Part shown: in pieces, positions 7,262-15,261 of the stretch
How positions within the stretch are numbered: the first letter of the stretch is position 1
Layout of the letters: each line of letters begins with the position of its first letter
From: a virus
Length of the DNA: 39,228 nt
Strand: one strand, 5' to 3'
Virus genome (UHGV): UHGV-0211791
Translations under genes and position numbers: made by a program
Notes under the pieces: model-generated
Told to the model about the DNA's origin: nothing
What the model saw: the letters and a program-made list of their open reading frames with translations, nothing else
The model's database searches: none

Positions 7262-8622
7262 ACTCCTATGGCTTCAAAATATACACCGGACCACGGGATG
7301 TCGACATTCGAGCTCATCCCGCACCCAAAAGAAGAATTGCTTATCACTTTCCCTCCAGCTCCGCAGACATTACTGCCCATGAATGCGCCAGGCATAGCAG
7401 GAGTAACAGTTAACGATAAAAAAGAAGAAGGAAATGCAATAGGTAGGTTCACAGTTGTGTAAGAGTTGTCACCAACATCAACAAAACCCCATTGTCTAAT
7501 CACTCCGGTCTCAAGGTTTTTCTCCCAAGAGATGGTATTTAATGATTTGCTGAATTTATTAGGTGGTGGGTTGTTTGGACCATAAACGCGCTGACCGTTC
7601 TCATAAATATATCGAGAAGCCCAGATATCATTTTGTGATACAACATCCTTACCAGCACCCGAGCGAACAAAGCCACCAGCATAGACGTTTCCTGTAACAC
7701 CAACACTGCCTCCAACGGTCAAATCAGAACCGACTGATGCAATGGAAGTCACAATTAAATTTCGTTGAGCATGAATATCTCTGCCAGCCCATACATCCTG
7801 AGCTGATGAAATATCTTTCCCGGCCCCAGATGTCACACTACCCGTAGCGGACATATTGCCGTTAAGAATGCCACCAGTTAAAGGATATGCCCCTACATCA
7901 CTGGCTGTTGGTTTCCTTTGGTCATGATAAATCTCCGTTGTTTCAGGCTGACCTGAATATGATTTGTGAGCAGCAAAAACGCGAATAGTGTCACCATAGG
8001 AAACCGCAAACTGCCCCCACTCCTGTGTTGTGGGGCCTGCGGATTCGATGGCAACAACACTTTCAGGATAAAGGGTGCCAGGCTGGAAGGGTTCGTAGAA
8101 AAAACTACCAACATGCTCTTTGCTTGCCGCACTTTGGCTATCTCGTGACCCTAACCCATAAGCCCCCTTAACAAGAGCATTTTGTAACCCAAGATATTGT
8201 ACTACCTCGCTCACAGACCCCTTCCCTATGATATTTCTCCCCACTAAGGTCAGGTCTGTAAGTGCCGCAACATCCGCGTCCGTAAAATAGGGGACTTTAT
8301 TCGGGCCAGTTTGCAACCCGGCGAGCGCTGTAAGCGTGGCATCCAGCGGCTGTGAAAGTGCATTCAGGGCTGCGATCAGTTTCGTTTCAAATCCAGACAG
8401 ACTGCCATCATCCAGTACATCACTATTGGTTTTGTCACTGATAAACTGAGCAAGTGCAGCTGCAACGAAAGATGCCTGCCGCAGGACTTTGTTAATTTCG
8501 CTAGCTTTTGCAACTCCTGCGGTAAAACCGGTTGAAAGGGCTGCCAGAACCTCATAGTCAGCCTGTGAAATAACGTTAGCCCCGCCAGCTATGGAGAAGG
8601 GTTTAAACTCGTTTTTTGCCAT
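7258..8622 (-). CDS. Side tail fibre protein. Conserved N-terminus with an AT-rich, swapped C-terminal receptor-binding part and an internal tandem repeat.
   Basis: N-terminus MAKNEFKPFSIAGGANVISQADYEVLAA is tail-fibre-like. Two roughly 40-aa repeats (GSVTSGAGKDISSAQDVWAGRDI / GGFVRSGAGKDVVSQNDIWASRYI). Confidence 0.8.
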   Translation of the reverse strand: MAKNEFKPFSIAGGANVISQADYEVLAALSTGFTAGVAKASEINKVLRQASFVAAALAQFISDKTNSDVLDDGSLSGFETKLIAALNALSQPLDATLTALAGLQTGPNKVPYFTDADVAALTDLTLVGRNIIGKGSVSEVVQYLGLQNALVKGAYGLGSRDSQSAASKEHVGSFFYEPFQPGTLYPESVVAIESAGPTTQEWGQFAVSYGDTIRVFAAHKSYSGQPETTEIYHDQRKPTASDVGAYPLTGGILNGNMSATGSVTSGAGKDISSAQDVWAGRDIHAQRNLIVTSIASVGSDLTVGGSVGVTGNVYAGGFVRSGAGKDVVSQNDIWASRYIYENGQRVYGPNNPPPNKFSKSLNTISWEKNLETGVIRQWGFVDVGDNSYTTVNLPIAFPSSFLSLTVTPAMPGAFMGSNVCGAGGKVISNSSFGCGMSSNVDIPWSGVYFEAIGV

Positions 8623-8625
8623 TTA

Positions 8626-9282
8626 TTAGCTCCAGTATCCGGCGTCATAACCGGCGATAGCGATACTCTGTGTGTCAAAACCGAACAGAGGACGAGCGGG
8701 ATCAATGACATTGAGGTTTTTAACTCTCACGCCACCAGCTTTGATATTCAGCTCGCCTGCTTTGATAACGGAAATAAGCTCAGCCGATGTGTTTGCTATT
8801 CCATTAATGGCAATAGCATTTATCGTGATGCTCATGTCCTGGTTGTCGATGATCTGCATTTCTATTCCGGAACCGGCAAAGATGGTTTCGAGAATGTCCT
8901 CAAGATGGCCGATCGTGCCATCCCAGGTGTTAATCGCGATTTGCGCTTTCAGTACCACACGGTAGGTATCGTCACTCAGACGGGTGAAACCCGTATCAGG
9001 GTCGAATGGGCCTTGCCAGCTACCTTGATCCCATCCAAGCCCTTCGGTGTCCCAGGAGAAATAGACATCTGCGATAGGTACGCTTACTGTCCGGCCACGC
9101 CCAACCCACTCACCAACGACGTCAAGCTGCACACCTACGGCCCGATCGAGGTCAAACGCAGCTATAAAGCTTTCCTGTGCTTTTACGATGTCGGTGAACG
9201 GGCGGGTTATTAGATCAACGTGTTGTTCAAAAAGAGGCTTAGTAGCGTGGTAGTTCGTTATTCGTTCTGTGTATTTGCTCAT
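8626..9282 (-). CDS. Tail/baseplate protein (P2 gpI / Mu gp48-like)
   Basis: Position between baseplate J and the fibre. About 218 aa. Confidence 0.55.
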   Translation of the reverse strand: MSKYTERITNYHATKPLFEQHVDLITRPFTDIVKAQESFIAAFDLDRAVGVQLDVVGEWVGRGRTVSVPIADVYFSWDTEGLGWDQGSWQGPFDPDTGFTRLSDDTYRVVLKAQIAINTWDGTIGHLEDILETIFAGSGIEMQIIDNQDMSITINAIAINGIANTSAELISVIKAGELNIKAGGVRVKNLNVIDPARPLFGFDTQSIAIAGYDAGYWS

Positions 9283-10475
9283 ACCGGTGTCACCTTAATG
9301 TTGGCAACGTCCCCAGCAGCGGCTTCGTTAAACAGAATGTCCACGTTAGCCGCACTTACCCCGGCTGCCGTCTTACCAATTTTAAGTGAGGTGATATCGT
9401 AATACCGGCTGGCCCCTCCACTCATTACCCCGAGGTTAGCAGGTGAATAAATCCGGCTGATGAGTACATTCTCGCCAATACCAAGACTGTTGATGTACTT
9501 TGCAATCTCTACCTTCATCTGATCAGCAATCTGCGACGTATAGCCCGGGTAGGTGGTCAGTTCAATATCAACAAATATGTTGACGATTGTTGGCCTGCTG
9601 AACCTGATTGTTTTCGGTTCGCCGTACTTGCCGGTGATGTCGACGGCGGTAGTGCCAAAGGTGAAAGTACCCTGGTCCTTCTTCTTAGACAGGACAGTGG
9701 CTATTTCAGTAGCGTCGCCGCCTTCCACCACTGCACATATCGAGTGTTGCGGCAGACCATTGCTGTCAGAGGTGTCCGTGTCGTTCTCGTAAATACGTAC
9801 CCTTGTTACACCGGAAATATCCAGCAAAGACCCATCCATACCATCAATGGTCGTCTTGGAAGGTAATGCTGTGCTTCTTGACTGCCTGGCACGTAACTGC
9901 GGATCGTTTTCCCCGGGTTGCCCGAGCGTGGCCGCTGCCGGGTTGGTGGCCGTTCGCCAGCCGCGGGTAGGGGTTGCAATGTTCCTGATGGTACCAGCCA
10001 GTGCAGCAACGGCACCGGGTGTAGTACACGTAGCGGTTACGGTCACGGTCTCCGATGGCGGAATATTGATGTTTGTTGGTAGAGCCCATAGTTTCCCGTT
10101 TTCATCTCGCACCATGCCTGCAGTGATGAGCGTTCCGGGCTCACCTTCCAGAACAAGATCTGAAGTTGAGTTGGTGGCGCCCTTCCGGACAATGCCGTTA
10201 ATTTTAACGTTGCTTGAAAGTGCGCGACCGATACCAGTTGACGGAGAAAAGGAGTTATAGACCGCTATAGCCGTGTTGTTAGCATCGTGAATAGCCAGAG
10301 CATATATAGCCACCATCTGGCCGTCTTTGCTGTCCGGCTCCAGATAAGCGTCACTGCCATAAATCTGCTGGAAATAGCTCGTCAGGGTATCGAGTATCGT
10401 CTGGTAATCAGGCGCGCTGATACCCTCAGCGGTTACCGTTGCCGATAAGCCGAGTGTGTCCAAATTGAGGGCCAT
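9279..10475 (-). CDS. Baseplate J-like protein
   Basis: 398 aa. Position and size are typical of the Baseplate_J family. Confidence 0.65.
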   Translation of the reverse strand: MALNLDTLGLSATVTAEGISAPDYQTILDTLTSYFQQIYGSDAYLEPDSKDGQMVAIYALAIHDANNTAIAVYNSFSPSTGIGRALSSNVKINGIVRKGATNSTSDLVLEGEPGTLITAGMVRDENGKLWALPTNINIPPSETVTVTATCTTPGAVAALAGTIRNIATPTRGWRTATNPAAATLGQPGENDPQLRARQSRSTALPSKTTIDGMDGSLLDISGVTRVRIYENDTDTSDSNGLPQHSICAVVEGGDATEIATVLSKKKDQGTFTFGTTAVDITGKYGEPKTIRFSRPTIVNIFVDIELTTYPGYTSQIADQMKVEIAKYINSLGIGENVLISRIYSPANLGVMSGGASRYYDITSLKIGKTAAGVSAANVDILFNEAAAGDVANIKVTPV

Positions 10476-10829
10476 TTATGCCTCGCTGGTTACTGTCGTT
10501 GTTCCGTAGATAGTGTCGATTTCAGCGAAGAACTGGACGCGGCGCGTCGTCGTGTTCACTGTCGTATTGAAAGAGAGAATGGATTTAACGCCACGCGTTT
10601 CGAGGATGCGCTTACGGATCGCCAGGTTGTAGGTTTCTGGCTTCTGCTTACCGAGTACGGACTGAATCCACGGTGTCCCCTCGGTGGTGTCGAGAAACCA
10701 TTGCCCATACCACAATTCGAATCGTGTTTTCACAGCCTGCGCGACGGCCTCCGGTGAGTTAATCAGCCAGGTATCATCGCCGCTGCCAAAGGTGTAATCA
10801 CCGTCGGCGTCTTCACGTCTGTATCGCAT
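10476..10829 (-). CDS. Baseplate W/gp25-like small protein
   Basis: 117 aa, coupled between V and J. Confidence 0.5.
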   Translation of the reverse strand: MRYRREDADGDYTFGSGDDTWLINSPEAVAQAVKTRFELWYGQWFLDTTEGTPWIQSVLGKQKPETYNLAIRKRILETRGVKSILSFNTTVNTTTRRVQFFAEIDTIYGTTTVTSEA

Positions 10830-11584
10830 CAGTTTGGCGCTCCTGTGTTACCGCCGCCGGTCTGTACTCCGCCGTGCGTGTGCGTCATCAGGCTCTTGCC
10901 ACCGGCTTTCACATCGTTAGTCACCGCGACAGGACCGCGCATCGTTGCGGTACCGCCGCTTTCCCCCATACCCTGAGAAAGATTTCCGTTTATTGTCACG
11001 TTACCGTTTAGTGTAATGGTGGGCGACGTGATCGTGGTTCCTCCTTCTGCATTCGCTGTCAGCGTGCCGGGAGTTTTTACCGTGACGTTATGACCTGCGG
11101 TCACTTCCACAAACGCAGCACCATCATCAGTACGCAGCTGTGCGGCGTTGGTACTGATGCCGCTGATTTTCTGCGCCTGCGACTGCGGCCCGACGATACA
11201 GAACGCATCCGATAAATCATGCACCCGGTCGTCGACAGGCTCCTGTATCCCGCCATTCTGCCACCAGAAATCGATGCAGCGATCGGCAAAAATCACCAGG
11301 CATTCATCGCCGGCTTTCACCGGGAAAGTTAACGTGCAGCCGCCGCCGCGCGGAAATATCACCGGCACATCCACCAGCAGCGGGTAATTTTTGGTAACGC
11401 GGTTGCCGTCGTTGTCAGTTTCAACCGAACGGATTGCAGGCTGCACAACCGCCGTCACCGCGCCAGGATCGAATGACTGAACGATGCCAGGCAAAGCTAC
11501 GCGGATCTGGTTCTTTGTTGTGTCTCGCTCGGATTTGAATGTTTCGGCAAGGTCGCCGCTGCGGGTCTGGTCAGATACTGCCAT
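10829..11584 (-). CDS. Baseplate spike/assembly protein V (Gly-rich C-terminal beta-helix)
   Basis: C-terminal TITLNGNVTINGN...HTHGGVQTGGGNTGAPN. Likely start is ATG 11584 (RBS GGAG); the TTG at 11605 lies in a terminator T-tract. Confidence 0.65.
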   Translation of the reverse strand: MAVSDQTRSGDLAETFKSERDTTKNQIRVALPGIVQSFDPGAVTAVVQPAIRSVETDNDGNRVTKNYPLLVDVPVIFPRGGGCTLTFPVKAGDECLVIFADRCIDFWWQNGGIQEPVDDRVHDLSDAFCIVGPQSQAQKISGISTNAAQLRTDDGAAFVEVTAGHNVTVKTPGTLTANAEGGTTITSPTITLNGNVTINGNLSQGMGESGGTATMRGPVAVTNDVKAGGKSLMTHTHGGVQTGGGNTGAPN

Positions 11585-11606
11585 TTGATAGGCTCCAGAA
11601 AGCAAA

Positions 11607-11628
11607 AAACCCGCCGGGTGGCGGGTTT
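11607..11628 (-). terminator. Strong rho-independent terminator after the moron (AAACCCGCC-gggt-GGCGGGTTT + T6)
   Basis: Perfect 9-bp GC-rich stem followed by TTTTTTGCTTTCT on the minus strand. Confidence 0.75.
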
Positions 11629-11648
11629 GTATTTTTAGAAATTTCAGC

Positions 11649-12077
11649 TTATGCAGTTAACGAATCATCGCCAACCTTCAGCAGTTTATTAACGATTGCA
11701 TCGACCTCTTCCGCGTCCTGAATTGCACTTAGCGCGGTAATCCGGTTGATTTTCCGTTCAAGCTTGTAATCAGAATTAACACGTTGGGCATGCGTCATTT
11801 TCAGTTTAACGCCGATTTTTTTTACTGCGTTAACATCAACATCGTTCAGTGCTGCTGCCTCACCGCTACAAAAGACGGTATAGACTCGCATGTGAACTCC
11901 ACCTTTTAATTTTTCACCATCTTCTGTAGCAGTCGGTACAAGATTATTGGTAATCCTTAAGGCGGAATGGTACATGCCATAATATGCTCGGCTGATAGCG
12001 TTTCTTGTCCACATCTCACCGTTTAGAGTCAGGGAATGCTTCGCCAGTTCAAGGAAACAAGTATGCTCAACCGACAT
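11649..12077 (-). CDS. Moron gene 2: 142-aa protein with a HEPN-like R-x6-H motif (RAYYGMYH). Candidate toxin or abortive-infection effector.
   Basis: About 45% GC against about 58% for flanking tail genes. 1-nt overlap with the upstream gene. Followed by its own terminator. Confidence 0.45.
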   Translation of the reverse strand: MSVEHTCFLELAKHSLTLNGEMWTRNAISRAYYGMYHSALRITNNLVPTATEDGEKLKGGVHMRVYTVFCSGEAAALNDVDVNAVKKIGVKLKMTHAQRVNSDYKLERKINRITALSAIQDAEEVDAIVNKLLKVGDDSLTA

Positions 12078-12808
12078 TAAAGTTCCCCCGCCTCAAAACA
12101 TCCGACACATTCAGAATCTGCAAGACCAGCCATGATAATCTCATCAGCAAGGTCATTGTTCATCTGCGACAGGAGCGCTGGATCGTCTGTTTTGACTTCA
12201 ACAAACAATGTATCAAGCTCAGACATCACATAAAAAGCATGAGCACCAGCCAGGCGAACGCGATACTTATCAGATACGTTCAGCATAAGCTGCCCAATTT
12301 TTTTAAGATCCTGAGCATGCTCCTGATGGGTGTGCAGGTAATCAAGTGTGTCATACCACTTTGCCATGTCTTCAGGGCGAGGCACTTCCATAGCAGTCAG
12401 CATCGGCATCACCTTTTCAAGCAAATCGATATCAGCCCAGTATGCAGAAATTGTAGCAACTTCAGCCAGTATCGTTGGGTTAAGTGAGTTGGCCGCATTC
12501 TGAATCATCGCGTACTGGCGAGCGTGCAAACCTAAGTTACGTAGCGCTATCGTATAGTTACAGAAAGAAACTGAATCGTTAGGAGCGAGTCTTAACCCTT
12601 GCTCACAGAGAGAGCACCCTTCTTCGATTTCGCCAAGAACAAGCTTAGCTAAGCCTTCAATCGATAACCCCTGATAACGTTCCGGGATTTTCTTAGCTTC
12701 ACGAATGATTTGATGTACTTCAAATTCACTCAGAAGATTTTCACCCTTAGTTAATGAAGGGGTCAGAAGATCTAACAGTTCTCCTGATTTTGGCTGCGCT
12801 AAGCTCAT
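12077..12808 (-). CDS. Moron gene 1: 243-aa all-helical hypothetical protein (partner of the HEPN-like gene)
   Basis: AT-rich. Preceded by a 150-bp AT-rich intergenic region. Confidence 0.5.
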   Translation of the reverse strand: MSLAQPKSGELLDLLTPSLTKGENLLSEFEVHQIIREAKKIPERYQGLSIEGLAKLVLGEIEEGCSLCEQGLRLAPNDSVSFCNYTIALRNLGLHARQYAMIQNAANSLNPTILAEVATISAYWADIDLLEKVMPMLTAMEVPRPEDMAKWYDTLDYLHTHQEHAQDLKKIGQLMLNVSDKYRVRLAGAHAFYVMSELDTLFVEVKTDDPALLSQMNNDLADEIIMAGLADSECVGCFEAGEL

Positions 12809-12957
12809 GTTTTAGTTATTCCTGGCTTTTATGGGTGTGCATATCGATGGCAATTCACCATCAAAAAGTTAGAGCAGTGTAATCGCTAGCCTCAAAAAAC
12901 GACAGTTTTTAGAGCACGTTTTGTTGTTTTTCAGATGAGACAGCGTTCAGGTTCTCT

Positions 12958-13305
12958 TCACCCAGCGACTTTTTTACACGGGAAAGAACCGATGATTTTC
13001 GGCGCGTCCATACTGTTCTGCAGCAGCTGGACGTTCAGGAAAGCTTTTCCGTTACGCTTCACAAACTCAAAACCGTAATTATTTCCATCACGGGAAGGCA
13101 TCAGGCCCATGTCAGTTTTAACGTTGTCCCAGTCATCTTTCTTACCAAGAAATTTAATCTTCTGAGATGTTACCTGTTCACCGTTGATTTTAGTCCAACC
13201 GTTATCAGCTGCATGAAGTCGGTATCCGCCGCATTGCAAATCAGCGAAAGCCGCTGAGCAGGAGATCAGTAACGAAATTGTCAGAACTAACTTCATACGC
13301 TTCAT
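12958..13305 (-). CDS. Lipoprotein (signal peptide MKRMKLVLTISLLISC, lipobox LISC), 115 aa
   Basis: ATGA overlap with the stop of the upstream hub gene. The ORF-track 5' extension to 13383 is unlikely to be real. Confidence 0.6.
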   Translation of the reverse strand: MKRMKLVLTISLLISCSAAFADLQCGGYRLHAADNGWTKINGEQVTSQKIKFLGKKDDWDNVKTDMGLMPSRDGNNYGFEFVKRNGKAFLNVQLLQNSMDAPKIIGSFPCKKVAG

Positions 13306-14369
13306 GAATAAATCCTTTGCTGCGCTGAGGACGAGAGTAAATCCGCCGCGCCACGCGCTTCGCACATCATATCCATGTACCACGCCTGGCCCCTTGTGTC
13401 GCCAGTGTACATAATCCCGCGCACAATATAAACGCCATCCGTTGCGATGCTGGCAGGCTGCGCGGTGGTACCGCTGAGCGTGATATTCCCGTCCGTGTTC
13501 TGGTCGGTGATGCGGCCACCAGCCATCGCGATATCGTTGTTCGACAGCGCAGTGCGGAATACCGAAGCCTGATCCAACTGAATGAGCCCGTTAACCCGGA
13601 TGTTGGGGTTAATCAGCGCGCGGACGTTTACGCCGTTGCCGATGGTCTGCTGCGGCATACCGATAAGCCCCGTAGCGCTGTTGAGCACAATCGCGTCGTG
13701 AACATATTCGTTATTCGCCACCATCTGACGCTGACCGTCCACGAACTGCCATGTTGCGCCACATTGTCCGGCCACGTTATCCATAAGATGCCGTGTCATG
13801 CCGAACAGCACCCGGCCCCGGGGGAAGACGGTAGCAGGCATTTCAGGCGTCAGACCTTCGGTCGCGCCTTTGGCCTCGAAGTCTTTCATCAGCGCGCGGT
13901 TCACGTCTGCGACCGTATAACCGGCTGCGAGGGTCTGCGAGGTTATGCTGGTGGCAAACGCCAGATCCGTATCGGCTGCCTGAATCAGGACGTAGGAATC
14001 AATGGGGCTGTCTTTTCCTGTTACCGAGTAGCGAATTTCGCCGCTGAAAATCAGCCCGTAGTTGCGGCCGTCACTCTGGCCCACGTCCGCCGCATCGACT
14101 TCCCGCACGGTCCCAACGTCGCTGGCCGATACCTCCGGTGCGATACCGTCGTAACCGGCAATCAGCCTCACTTTCGAAAACTCCTGGCCGGTGATGCGGT
14201 TCACCGTATCAGCTGACAGGTTGTAGATTTTGAACGTACCCACCCGCGACGCGCTGCTGATGTTGAACCAGTCGATCGTGAAGGTCACTTTAAAATCGCT
14301 GAGCTCAATACCCTGCCCGTTCTCGTCCACGAGCTGCAGCTCGAAATGTCTCATCCAGTTCTGTGACAT
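13302..14369 (-). CDS. Tail/baseplate hub protein (Mu gpP / P2 gpD-like)
   Basis: 355 aa. Position downstream of the tape measure protein. Confidence 0.5.
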   Translation of the reverse strand: MSQNWMRHFELQLVDENGQGIELSDFKVTFTIDWFNISSASRVGTFKIYNLSADTVNRITGQEFSKVRLIAGYDGIAPEVSASDVGTVREVDAADVGQSDGRNYGLIFSGEIRYSVTGKDSPIDSYVLIQAADTDLAFATSITSQTLAAGYTVADVNRALMKDFEAKGATEGLTPEMPATVFPRGRVLFGMTRHLMDNVAGQCGATWQFVDGQRQMVANNEYVHDAIVLNSATGLIGMPQQTIGNGVNVRALINPNIRVNGLIQLDQASVFRTALSNNDIAMAGGRITDQNTDGNITLSGTTAQPASIATDGVYIVRGIMYTGDTRGQAWYMDMMCEARGAADLLSSSAQQRIYS

Positions 14370-14371
14370 GC

Positions 14372-14674
14372 TTACTCCGTTGATACCAGTAAATGACTGC
14401 GGCCGCCCAGGTCGGTTTTCGTCGGATAATCCTGTGTACTATCGTCACAGACCACCACCAGCTTAAAGCCGAGGCCCATATAGGCGTACTGCGCCAGCAG
14501 GTCAGCGCCGGTGACAAGAGGAATACCGGAGATCACCGGCTCCCCTCTGTCGTTCTGCAGGTCCATAATCCAGTACAGATCGCGCCATATGATGCTAATC
14601 CGCCAGGTGGTCCCCGCCAGGATGATGCTGAATTGCTGGTTATCCGCTGTTAGCGGGATTTCCTGAATTGCCAT
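14372..14674 (-). CDS. Small tail protein (100 aa)
   Basis: Position. Coupled. Confidence 0.4.
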   Translation of the reverse strand: MAIQEIPLTADNQQFSIILAGTTWRISIIWRDLYWIMDLQNDRGEPVISGIPLVTGADLLAQYAYMGLGFKLVVVCDDSTQDYPTKTDLGGRSHLLVSTE

Positions 14675-15261
14675 TAGCCGAGCCCCAGTAATGACGCCGC
14701 GTTACTCGATATGCTTTGCAGCAGTGAGGTATTTGGCGGCTTAGTGGTTTTGGTGCCAGTGTTGAGCACCGCCGAGGTGCTGGCCCCGTCCTTCATGTTG
14801 GTTTTATCCGCGACGGTGATCTGCTGCGTCTGCGAGATAAGAACCTCCCTCAGGGTGAGGACGGCGGACAGGACGTTTTCGGTTGCCTTGTCTGTCGTCA
14901 CTTCCAGCGCACGGATCAGCATATTGTTGTAAATCCGCTTGCCGGTCACCACATCGAAAGGAATACGGCTCGCCTGCAGGTCGAGTATCTCCTGATACGT
15001 CTGCTGAGGACTCAGCCCGAGCAGGCTGGTGGCCGTCAGGTTACTGGCAAAATCCAGCAACGATCCGCCACCAGCGAAACCGACCTCCATCACCACTTCA
15101 GATGGTTTTTTGTAGGCATGGTCAGCGATGGCGGCCCCGACCTCAACAGGGTGCTCTGTTATCTCCAGCGTGTCGGTATGCTTCTCAGAAACAACCACAC
15201 TGGGGACAATCATCCCTATTTTCCGGCTCTGCTGCTGAAAGAGCGTAGAGAGAATATCCAT
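14674..15261 (-). CDS. Tail protein (195 aa, directly downstream of the tape measure protein)
   Basis: 1-nt overlaps on both sides. Confidence 0.4.
   Translation of the reverse strand: MDILSTLFQQQSRKIGMIVPSVVVSEKHTDTLEITEHPVEVGAAIADHAYKKPSEVVMEVGFAGGGSLLDFASNLTATSLLGLSPQQTYQEILDLQASRIPFDVVTGKRIYNNMLIRALEVTTDKATENVLSAVLTLREVLISQTQQITVADKTNMKDGASTSAVLNTGTKTTKPPNTSLLQSISSNAASLLGLG

Noticed and set aside
9847-10260. 137-aa plus-strand ORF inside baseplate J, and similar antisense ORFs (13698-14216, 18347-19279, 21966-22580, 23320-23935, 27144-27833)
   Set aside because: All are embedded antisense in tightly packed, coupled minus-strand structural genes.
11649-12808. Canonical HEPN-MNT toxin-antitoxin pair
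   Set aside because: The 243-aa partner has no GS...D.D nucleotidyltransferase signature and is much larger than MNT antitoxins. Only a generic HEPN-like motif supports the call.
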